Source: a virus
Taxonomy: Duplodnaviria > Caudoviricetes
IMG/VR virus record: IMGVR_UViG_3300005805_000094
Location: 1-60,647 of that record
Direction: 5' to 3' (one strand)
DNA length: 60,647 nt
Shown: positions 34,276 through 44,700 of the stretch, piece after piece
How positions within the stretch are numbered: position 1 is the first letter of the stretch
Layout: every line of letters starts with the position of its first letter
The notes under the pieces: generated by a model
The model's database searches: none
Told to the model about the DNA's origin: nothing
The model's input: the letters and a program-made list of their open reading frames with translations, nothing else
Translations under genes and position numbers: made by a program

Positions 34276-34836
34276 ATGGCCATAATCACCCCAACCGACC
34301 TAGAAATATACATTGGGAAAACGTTTACTGACGCGCAAGAAGATGCCGCTCAGTCTATTATTGCAAGCCTTGAAGCCGAGTTGGAGTATTACTTAAATAG
34401 ACCACTTGGTGCTCGTACGTACACGGAAGAAGAACATAAACTCGTTCCCAATCAACGCCAAATATTTTTGCGTCACGCACCGGTAATTAGCGTTACCTCA
34501 TTCTATGTTGGTCTTGCAGGAGAAGAAGTCCAACAAAATGTTTCTGATTTTGATATTTTCCCATGGGGCATAGACAACATCAGAATTGCTGGAACTAGCA
34601 ATCAAGCACTTGTTACTTATACGGCAGGTATGACATCAGATGACACTGTCGCGCTGGAAAGAGTTTTGTATTCTGCTTCAACCCGAGAGATGGGGAGATA
34701 TTTAATTGACGCACAAGGCCTTGCAAAACTAAAAGTCGAGGGAACCGAGTACACATTTCCGCAAGCCGGCGAAGGAGGTTTTACTCCATCGGAACTCAAT
34801 TCGATTAAAAGATTTAAGCGAAGGGTGATAATTTAA
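34276..34836 (+). CDS. Head-tail connector/adaptor
   Basis: Position after capsid; L...PV.SV..VTYTAG pattern. Confidence 0.75.
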   Translation: MAIITPTDLEIYIGKTFTDAQEDAAQSIIASLEAELEYYLNRPLGARTYTEEEHKLVPNQRQIFLRHAPVISVTSFYVGLAGEEVQQNVSDFDIFPWGIDNIRIAGTSNQALVTYTAGMTSDDTVALERVLYSASTREMGRYLIDAQGLAKLKVEGTEYTFPQAGEGGFTPSELNSIKRFKRRVII

Positions 34837-35178
34837 ATGAGAGGCGCACGCACCCCAATCACGATAAGAAACATGGAACCGGATTTCGCCAATCAATCTG
34901 CTGAAGATGAAGGTATTTGGACCAATGATGGTTCTGACACAACCGTGTATGGCTCCATTCATCAAAAAAAATCCGAAGACGTAGATGAAGGAACTACTGG
35001 GCAATTGAGCGAAGAAAGAAATATTGTTTGCAGGATTCCGCTTAGTGCAAGCGTAACTTACGGCGACCAAATTGTTATATCAAACATTCATCCGGTACTT
35101 GATGGCATTTATGAAATTGATTCATTGCTTTACACGAGAACTCACCTAAGAGCAGAATGTAGAAGGACGTTGCGTTAA
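34837..35178 (+). CDS. Head closure/stopper protein
   Basis: Synteny, size, GD.I...G.YEI pattern. Confidence 0.6.
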   Translation: MRGARTPITIRNMEPDFANQSAEDEGIWTNDGSDTTVYGSIHQKKSEDVDEGTTGQLSEERNIVCRIPLSASVTYGDQIVISNIHPVLDGIYEIDSLLYTRTHLRAECRRTLR

Positions 35179-35179
35179 T

Positions 35180-35692
35180 ATGGCAAAAAAATTAACACCA
35201 ACACAGACTGTGTATAAGGCGCTTGCCGCAGTTGACCCCATGATTAAAAAAATAATTTTGGCTGGAATTTATCAAATGAGAGAAGCGGCAAAAGACCTTT
35301 CAGTTATTGGATTTAATGAAGTAAAAAAATCAATTGCTCATAAAGGAAGTTATAAGCCGTACAGAAAAAAGAGTAAAGAAAGAATGTCATCACAGCCCGG
35401 TCAGCCACCAGCAGCAGAGATGGGCGAAGATTTAGAGCCGAGTATTTATCAAAAAGTAGTAAGCAAACCCAATCAAAATCCTGCGGTTGCGGAATTTGGC
35501 AGCACCGCTTCATTTGCTAGAACTCTTGAATTTGGAAACACTAAAACGGCGGCACGACCGTTCATGCTGCCGGCAAGACAAAAAGTTGCAAGTGTCGCTC
35601 ATTCGAATATTGCAAGACATCTGCAAATTGCATATTCGAGAAAAACGAAAGCCCTTGGTGGGACAGTAATCAAAGTGGATATGGATATCTGA
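35180..35692 (+). CDS. HK97 gp10-like neck protein
   Basis: S.PG.PPA, LEFG..K.AARPFM.PA. Confidence 0.8.
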   Translation: MAKKLTPTQTVYKALAAVDPMIKKIILAGIYQMREAAKDLSVIGFNEVKKSIAHKGSYKPYRKKSKERMSSQPGQPPAAEMGEDLEPSIYQKVVSKPNQNPAVAEFGSTASFARTLEFGNTKTAARPFMLPARQKVASVAHSNIARHLQIAYSRKTKALGGTVIKVDMDI

Positions 35693-36081
35693 TGGCTTCT
35701 ATAGGTGGGGCAATTCGTACAACTCTTGTTGATGCGTCTTTGAATGGTGTCTCTAGTCGCGTATATAGGGATATTGCGCCACCGGAAACTCAGTACCCAT
35801 ACATAACAATTAGTGACGAAATAACAAATCAGCCTTCTTTGCTTGGGGATAAAAGAGTCTTAGCCAGAACCAGACAGTTAAGAGTTAATCTGTGGCAGAT
35901 AAGGGCCAGCGAGGACGTAACCCTAGTGGATGATATTGTCAGCACTCTTGACTCCGCCAACTTGGTCGCAAATCAAAATGTCTTTAGGGTGCGAGTCTTT
36001 GACATCCAAAGACTTTTCGAATCAGAAGATGATACTATTCTGCACGCTATAACCCTGAACGTAACACAAAAGGCGCAATAA
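35692..36081 (+). CDS. Tail terminator-like (DUF3168-like) protein
   Basis: RVY...AP....PYI pattern and synteny. Confidence 0.7.
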   Translation: MASIGGAIRTTLVDASLNGVSSRVYRDIAPPETQYPYITISDEITNQPSLLGDKRVLARTRQLRVNLWQIRASEDVTLVDDIVSTLDSANLVANQNVFRVRVFDIQRLFESEDDTILHAITLNVTQKAQ

Positions 36082-36755
36082 TGGCATTTACACCAATAAC
36101 AGTCACTGGCGAGTTTTTATCAGCCACAGGGGGAGCCGGAAGTGGGCGTATAACTTTTCTTGCAACGTCCGCTATGCGGCAACCAGCAGACAACATAACA
36201 ATTGCGCCAACAGAAATAACAGCAACGCTAAGTGCTTCTGGTACTTTTTCTGTAGTTCTTTATGCAACAAACGATACTGGGACCGTTCCCCAAGGAGTTA
36301 CTTATGAGGTAACCGAGCGAATCAGGGGTGCCTCGCTCAATAAGTATTTTATTTCTATTGACAAAGACGCTATTGGCGGGACTGTAGATTTGGCAGATTT
36401 GGTCCCCAATGTTGACCCAATTGTACAGATTAACTATGCGACAGTTGAGTATGTTGATGACGCGGTAGGCGGAGTCAATAGTGCAGCAGAAATTTCCTTT
36501 AGCCCCACATCAGAAATAACGGCGGTTACTGTTCAGGGAGCCATCGAAGAACTCCGCGAAAAGTCCAGATTTGTTCATAACCAAGCAAGCGCTTCAACAA
36601 CTTGGAGCATTACTCACAATATGAAGTTTTTCCCAAACGTAAGCATTGTCGATACAGCCCTAACAAAGGTAATTGGAGAAGTCGTTTATACTTCTGAAAA
36701 CGCCCTTACGGTGACCTTCTCACAATCGTTCGCTGGAAAGGCGTATCTTTCTTAG
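36081..36755 (+). CDS. Virion structural protein
   Basis: Beta-rich; C-terminal H.Q..AS..W.I.HN...PNV..AYLS module. Confidence 0.7.
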   Translation: MAFTPITVTGEFLSATGGAGSGRITFLATSAMRQPADNITIAPTEITATLSASGTFSVVLYATNDTGTVPQGVTYEVTERIRGASLNKYFISIDKDAIGGTVDLADLVPNVDPIVQINYATVEYVDDAVGGVNSAAEISFSPTSEITAVTVQGAIEELREKSRFVHNQASASTTWSITHNMKFFPNVSIVDTALTKVIGEVVYTSENALTVTFSQSFAGKAYLS

Positions 36756-36779
36756 GATGCAATTCTGGAGGTAAAAAAC

Positions 36780-38237
36780 ATGAAATTCGTAACAAACTTA
36801 AATCTTAATCAGAACGAACTCCAGAACGGTAAGTTCCAGGTCCTCGCGTCTGACCCAAGCACGGGCAACTTTGAAGGTCGCCTGATTTACAACTCTACTG
36901 AAAAAACCATTAAGTATTATGATGGCACTGGTTGGAAGAAAGCAATTGTTTCTGTTGAGGCGGGCGGGTCTGCTTCTGCGGCTTTAACAATTAATGAGTC
37001 GAACGGTTCGATTACAATAACTCCGAATCTCGCCACATCGTCCAACGCTGGAGTTATGTCCACGTCGGATAAATCAAAACTCGACGATGCGACAGCGGAT
37101 GCAACAGCAAGCAAATTAGTTATTCGTGACGCCAGTGGAAACTTCAAGGCCGCCACACCAACCGACTCTGCTCATGTAGCCACAAAGGGATATGTAGATT
37201 CCGCTCGCTCTGGTCTTGATGTTAAACAATCAGTAAGGGCTGCAACAACTGCACCACTCACTCTTGCGAATCAACTTGAAGCGGGCGATGTTGTTGATGG
37301 CGTAACTCTATCTGCTGGAAATCGAGTTCTCGTCAAAGACCAAAGCAGTGGTTCTGAAAACGGTATTTATGTTGTTCAGGCATCTGGCGCTGCTGTCCGA
37401 GCGGAAGATTTTGATTCTTCTGCTGAAGTAACTGCTGGAGCATTTACGTTCGTCGAAGAAGGAACAATAAATGGAGACACTGGTTTTGTTCTTACAACAA
37501 ACGACACAATAACTCTTGGAGCAACCGCACTCACATTTACTCAGTTTTCTGGCACGGGACAGATTACTGCAGGTGATGCACTTTCAAAAGATGGAGCAAC
37601 ACTTAACGTAAATGTTGACAACTTAAGCATTGAAGTTTCGTCAGATGCTTTGCGAATTGCGTCTGGCGCTGCCGGTAATGGTCTTTCTGCTTCGGTTGGT
37701 GTTTTAAGCGTAAACACAGCCGCCAATGGTGGTCTTGAAATTTCAAGCGATGATTTGCAAATCAAGATTGACTCTGGTGTTTCTGGTCTAACAACAACAT
37801 CAAATGGTCTTGCTCTTAGTGCTTCCATTGCTGGTGACGGACTTACATTTACATCGGGCGTAATTAGCAGAGACGCAATTGACCTTGCGCAGGGCTCTAA
37901 TGACACGACCGGGACACTTCCAATTGACCAAGGTGGTACCGGAGAAACATCGGCATCCGCGGCACGCAACTCCCTGGCAAGCACCTCATCGTCAGGTGCA
38001 AACACCAGCACCCCGACGCTTGCTCGTATCGCAAACAGGGTTATTGGAGACGGAGCGAATACTTCCTACACTGTTACACATAACTTCAATACACGTGCGG
38101 TTATGGTTCAGGTGTACGATTCTTCTAATTATGACACCGTTATCGCGGATGTTGTAAGGACAACAGAGGACAGCGTTGTAGTTTCGTTCTCTGTCGCACC
38201 TTCTTCAAGCGCTTACACGGTTGTCATAACCGGATAA
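36780..38237 (+). CDS. Tail fibre-like protein
   Basis: ATKGYVD, K.SVRAATT, RVLVKDQ....NGIY fibre motifs. Confidence 0.8.
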   Translation: MKFVTNLNLNQNELQNGKFQVLASDPSTGNFEGRLIYNSTEKTIKYYDGTGWKKAIVSVEAGGSASAALTINESNGSITITPNLATSSNAGVMSTSDKSKLDDATADATASKLVIRDASGNFKAATPTDSAHVATKGYVDSARSGLDVKQSVRAATTAPLTLANQLEAGDVVDGVTLSAGNRVLVKDQSSGSENGIYVVQASGAAVRAEDFDSSAEVTAGAFTFVEEGTINGDTGFVLTTNDTITLGATALTFTQFSGTGQITAGDALSKDGATLNVNVDNLSIEVSSDALRIASGAAGNGLSASVGVLSVNTAANGGLEISSDDLQIKIDSGVSGLTTTSNGLALSASIAGDGLTFTSGVISRDAIDLAQGSNDTTGTLPIDQGGTGETSASAARNSLASTSSSGANTSTPTLARIANRVIGDGANTSYTVTHNFNTRAVMVQVYDSSNYDTVIADVVRTTEDSVVVSFSVAPSSSAYTVVITG

Positions 38238-38298
38238 GCAATATTCATAGCACCTTGAGGGGTGCGAACGATAAGAAAACAGTTGAGGCTGGATTCAA

Positions 38299-38760
38299 AT
38301 GACGAGATTTGTAGGAACCCCGCTACGCGGGATTGAGTTTAGTAGCGCAAGCGATGAGGCTATTTCCGCTCGCGTAAATAACGATGCTCATCCCCGAGTA
38401 AGAATTGACGCCGGCGGACGACTTACTTGGTCATCTGGTTCAGTAGCCGGAGATACGACACTCTATCGAATTTCTGCAAATACCCTGTATACAGATGATG
38501 TATTTCAGGCCGCATTAGGACTTGTTACTCTTACGACTAGCGGCACCCCATCAGCAACACTTCCAAACGGCGCTTTGGCCGTAGATACAACAAATAACAA
38601 GTTCTTTTTTAGGTCAAATTCTCAGTGGACAGAAGTATCCGGAATCGGAAGTGGTGGCTTACTGTCAGGCGATGTAGATGGTGGTAATCTCTCTCCTGAG
38701 ATTTACGAAGCAGAAGTAACAAACTATGTAATCGTGGGATTTGATGGAGGTACGCTGTAA
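38299..38760 (+). CDS. Virion structural protein
   Basis: Ser/Thr/Gly-rich, in the fibre operon. Confidence 0.7.
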   Translation: MTRFVGTPLRGIEFSSASDEAISARVNNDAHPRVRIDAGGRLTWSSGSVAGDTTLYRISANTLYTDDVFQAALGLVTLTTSGTPSATLPNGALAVDTTNNKFFFRSNSQWTEVSGIGSGGLLSGDVDGGNLSPEIYEAEVTNYVIVGFDGGTL

Positions 38761-41700
38761 TGGCTGGTGCAAGGATTCAACTTAAGCGTGCCACTGCTGC
38801 TTCGTGGGCATCCAACAACCCAGTTCTTTACGCTGGCGAAATTGGTCTAGAAACCGATACCAACAAATTTAAGATTGGTGACGGCACTACTGCGTTTAAC
38901 TCCTTGCCGTACTTCAATGGCAACCTTACTGGTTCTAGCCTCAACGACCTTGCCGACGTAACAATTGTTTCTGCGTCCAACGGCGATTTCCTTCGCTGGA
39001 ACGGCTCTGCTTGGATTAACGATGCCGTAAATCTTTCGACCGACACAGTCGGTAATTACATGGTTGATGTCGCTGGAGGTACTGGCGTAACAATTAGTCA
39101 CACCCCAGGTGAAGGTTCTACAGCATCAGTTGCAATTGGTCAGGATGTTGCCACTAGCGCTTCCGTAACATTTGCTCATGTTAACGCTGATGTAAGTGGC
39201 GATGTTCTTGGTGACTTAACTGGTAATGCAGATACAGCAACAACGCTGGAAACAGCACGAGTAATTGAATTAAGTGGTGACGTTACTGGTTCAGTTTCAT
39301 TTGATGGTTCTACAAATGTTAACATTGTTACGACTGTCGTTAGCGATGGAGTCGAACTTGGTGTTAACACCACAGGAAACTACATGGTTGATGTGGTTGC
39401 TGGCACTGGCGTAACTGTTACACATACTCCTGGTGAAGGTTCAAGTGCGTCTGTGGCAATTGGACAAGATGTTGCAACTTCTGCGTCTGTTGAATTTGCA
39501 GCATTGACTGTTGCTGGACTTACAGAAGTTGGTGGACACATCCTGCCTGACGCAACTGAAACATATGACCTTGGTTCTGCTTCTGCTCGCTTCCGTGATA
39601 TTTATCTTTCTGGAACAAGTATCAATCTTGGTGGAGCAGAAATCACCAGTGACGGAGTAACAATTACGTTCCCTGGTGGTTTGACTGGTGATATCGCTGG
39701 TAATGCCGATACGGCATCAGAACTTGAAACAGCACGCATAATTTCGCTTGGCGGTGACTTGTCTGGTTCGGTTTCATTTGATGGCTCACAGAACGTCACA
39801 ATTACAGCCGAGGTTCAGCCAAATAGTGTTGCGCTAGGCACAGACACGACTGGCAATTACATGTCAGACCTCACGCAGGGAACCGGTGTAACAATTACAC
39901 ACACCCCAGGGGAGGGCTCCAACGCCACAATAGCAATTGGTCAGGCGGTCGGGACATCGTCGTCTGTAACATTTGCGCACGTAAACGCAGATGTAACTGG
40001 GGACCTTACTGGTAATGCAGATACAGCCACAACTCTCCAAACTGCACGAGCAATTTCTCTTGCTGGAGATTTGTCGGGTTCAGTTTCGTTTGATGGCTCT
40101 CAAAATGTAACTATCACTGCGCAAGTAGAGCCGAACTCTGTCGCTCTTGGAACAGATACGACCGGAAACTTTATGTCCGATGTCGTTGCTGGTACAGGTG
40201 TTTCTATTACTCATACTCCGGGTGAAAGTTCGTCGGCATCTATCGCAATTGGACAGGCTGTTGGCACAACCGACAACCCTTCTTTTGCCGGGCTGACCGC
40301 AGACGGCGTTCAGATTGGTATTTCGAATACAACAGAAATCGATACTGTCAGCGGAAATCTAACTATCGATTCTGCTGGCGGAACCACGACACTTGACGAT
40401 GATGTTGTTATTACAGGAACTCTTACCGTCAGTGGAAGTGCGACATATATAAATACAGAAATACTTACAGTTGATGACAATATTATTGTTCTTAACAATA
40501 ATCAGACTGGTTCGCCATCTCAAAATGCCGGCATTGAAGTAGAGCGGGGCTCATCAGACAATGTTTCAATTAGGTGGAATGAAGCAAACGATTCATGGGA
40601 ACTCACCGAGGATGGTTCAACATATCGCAATATTGCCGCAGGTCAAGATGTTGAGACATCTTCATCTGTAAGTTTTGCGGCTGTTACTGCACCAGTCATT
40701 GGAAATGCATCAACAGCGACAACACTTGAAACAGCACGAGCAATCAGTTTAGGTGGAGACCTTTCGGGTTCTGCCTCATTCGATGGTTCTGCAAATATCA
40801 CAATTACTGCTGATGTTCAGCCGAACAGCGTTGCCCTTGGAACAGATACAACCGGTAATTATCTTGTTGATGTCGTTGCAGACTCATCGGGAATTACTGT
40901 AAACCATACAGCGGGTGAAGGCTCCTCCGCCTCTTTGTCTCTTGTTCAGGACATTAATACCTCTGCTTCTGTCACATTTGCAAACGTAACTGCTGACCTT
41001 GTTGGAGATGTCACTGGTAATTCAGACACAGCATCAACACTTCAGACAGCACGAGCAATTTCTCTTGGCGGAGACCTCAGTGGCTCTGCATCTTTTGATG
41101 GTTCAACAAATATCACTATCACTGCTGACGTTCAACCAAATAGCGTTGCTCTTGGTACTGATACAACTGGAAACTTTGTAAATGATGTCATTGCAGGCAC
41201 TGGAGTTACTGTCAGTCACACACCCGGCGAGGGTTCAAGTGCAAGCATCGCAATCGGACAAGATGTTGCAACCACAGCATCTGTAACTTTTGCTGCAGTA
41301 ACTGCACCGGTAATTGGGAATGCAAGCACAGCAACAACCTTGCAAACATCGAGAGCAATTTCTCTTACTGGCGACCTTAGCGGCTCTGTTTCATTTGACG
41401 GTTCTCAAGATGTGAGCATTACCGCAACTGTTCAACCAAATAGCGTTGCTCTTGGAACTGACACCACTGGCAATTATGTTGCTGATGTAGTTGCTGGTAC
41501 CGCAATAACTGTTACGCACACACCAGGAGAGGGTTCAAGTGCATCGATTGCTCTCAACGCGGCCCTAAATGACCTCACCGATACGGTGATTACTAGCCCA
41601 GAAGAATTCCAGGGTCTTTCATATAACGGCACAAGTTGGATTAACCAGTATTCCCCTGTCGTTAGTTATGTCCAAAACGCTGAAGCGACCACCCTCACGA

Positions 41701-44700
41701 CGGGAACAGTCGTTTACCTGTTTGGCGGCACTGGCGACCATGCGTCAGTAAAACGTGCTGACAATAGTTCTGACTTAACATCCTCCAAGACTGTCGGACT
41801 GGTCGGTGCAAACATTGCCGCATCTCAAAACGGTCCAGTAATTACTCGTGGTTATGTTGACGGAATTGACTTGTCCGTCGGTTACTCCGCTGGCGACGTT
41901 CTGTGGCTCGGCGAGAATGGCGCATTCACAACAACCAAGCCAAGCGCTCCAGACCACCTTGTATTTGTGGGCGTTGTCGTTCGCGCAACCGTTAACGGCA
42001 TCATTTATGTCGCCACACAGAATGGCTATGAACTCGAAGAACTTCACGACGTCAAAATAATCAGTGCTGCAAATGGCGATTTCCTTAAGTACAACAGCGC
42101 ATCTGCAGTTTGGGTAAATGACCAAATTAATCTTGGGACAGACACAGTTGGTGACTATGTCCAGAATCTTGTTGCTGGAACTGGCGTAACTCTTTCCAAT
42201 AACAGCGGTGAGGGTTCAACCCCAACAATCGCAATCGGTCAGGCTGTTGGTACTTCTTCGTCTGTTGTTTTCCACACAATTGAGTCAACTCATGACTTAA
42301 CAATTGGTGGAAACCTTTACGTAAGTGGCTCTGTCATTACCGAAAATCAAACAAGCCTTGCAATTGATGACCCGTTCATCTACCTCAATGTCTCAAGCAG
42401 CGTTTCGAACGTTGACCTTGGTATCGCAGGAAACTACAACGACGGCACTTACCGACATGCTGGTGTTTTCCGCGATGCAACTGACGGGAAGTTCAAGTTT
42501 TTTGATTCTTACGAGCCTGAACCATCAAGCCCGATTGATGTTGCCCACGCTACATATTCTCCAGCACCAGTAGTTGCTGAGACTTTTGAAAGCACAGTCA
42601 CAACCGGAACTGCGCCATTTGCGGTTTCGTCAACAACAGAAGTAGCCAATCTTCATGCTGATACTGCGACAACCCTACATACTGCTCGCGCCATTTCACT
42701 CGGCGGAGATTTGTCTGGTTCGGCTTCGTTTGATGGCTCTGGCGACATCACGATTACCGCTTCGGTTGAACCAAATTCAGTTGCTCTTGGCACAGATACA
42801 ACGGGCAACTACATGGTGGGATTGGCTGAAGGTACTGGTGTAACCATTACCCACACCCCAGGTGAAGGCTCAACAGCATCTGTTTCTATTGGACAAAGCG
42901 TGGCTACCACTGCTTCTGTGACATTTGCTCATGTGTCTGCCGATTTGACCGGCAATGTCACCGGAAATATTTCTGGCAATGCAGGGACTGCTAGTGCACT
43001 TCAGAGTGCACGAACTATCTCTCTTGGTGGAGACTTGTCTGGTTCGGTGTCATTTAACGGAACCTCCGATGTAACAATCACGGCATCCGTTGAGCCAAAC
43101 AGTGTTGCCCTTGGTACGGACACAACTGGCAACTATATGTCGGACCTCACTCAGGGTACCGGTGTCACGATTACGCATACGCCTGGCGAAGGTTCAAATG
43201 CAACAATCGCAATCGGTCAGGCTGTTGGTACTTCTTCGTCTGTCACGTTCGCTCATGTTTCTGCACCAATCACAGGAAATGTAACTGGAGATTTGACAGG
43301 CAATGCTGGAACTGCAACTGCCCTCCAGACATCGCGCACAATCAATCTTGGTGGAGACCTTTCGGGTTCTGCATCGTTCAATGGAACTTCGGATGTAACG
43401 ATTACTGCAACAGTGCAGCCCAACTCTGTTGCTCTTGGTGCAGACACGACCGGTAATTTTGTTTCCGATGTAGTTTCTGGAACGGGTGTAACAGTAACGC
43501 ATACTCCTGGTGAGTCGTCATCTGCTTCGATTGCGATTGGTCAAGACGTAGCAACTACTGCCTCTGTGACTTTTGCGCATGTTTCAGCCCCTGTAACTGG
43601 AAACGTGACAGGCAATGTCACTGGTGATGTTTCTGGGAATGCAGGAACCGCCACGGCGCTACAAAACTCACGTGCGATTAGTCTTAGTGGCGACCTTAGC
43701 GGCTCAGTATCTTTCAATGGAACATCTGATGTAACAATCACTGCGACAGTCCAGCCAAACTCTGTCGCTCTCGGCACAGACACTACCGGCAACTATATGT
43801 CAGGTGTTACTGCTGGCACTGGCGTAACCGTTACACATACACCTGGTGAAGGTTCTTCAGCAACTATTGCTATCGGCCAGGCAGTCGGCACATCTGATAA
43901 CCCATCATTCGCTGGAGTTACGGCAGACGGTGTTCAGATTGGCATTTCGGCATCAGCAGAAATTGATACAACTGCTGGCAATCTCGTAATTGACTCTGCA
44001 GGTGGAACAGTCACAATCGACGACAACCTCATTGTTTCTGGCGACCTGACAGTCAACGGAACAACAACAACTGTTAATACAGAAACAATCAATCTTGCCG
44101 ACAACCTCATTGTTCTGAACAGCAACGAGACTGGCGCCCCATCACAAAACGCCGGACTTGAAATCGAGCGAGGCTCTTCCACAAACGTAGCGTTGCGCTG
44201 GAATGAAACTTCGGATAAGTGGGAACTCACTGAAGACGGTTCAACATATGTAGATATTGCAACTGTTAGTTATGTTGATGCTCAGACGATTAACAGTCTT
44301 GACGAAATCGGTGATGTTTCGACAGCATCTGCTGCATCAGGAGATTTCCTCAAGTGGAACGGTTCAGCATGGGTGAATGACCCAATCAATCTGGGTAGCG
44401 ACACTGTTGGCAACTATGTCAATGACGTAACAGCGGGCACTGGTGTTACTGTAACTCACACCCCGGGTGAGGGTTCAAGTCCAACCATTGCAATCGGCCA
44501 GGCCGTTGGGACATCATCCTCGGTAACTTTTGCTGCTGTTACTGCTCCACTGATTGGCAACGTAACTGGCAATGCCGACACCGCTACGGCACTTGCTATA
44601 TCGCGCACGATTGAACTGACTGGTGATGTAACTGGTTCAGTTTCCTTCAACGGTTCGGCTAACGCATCAATCACCGCAACTATCGCAGCGAATAGCGTCG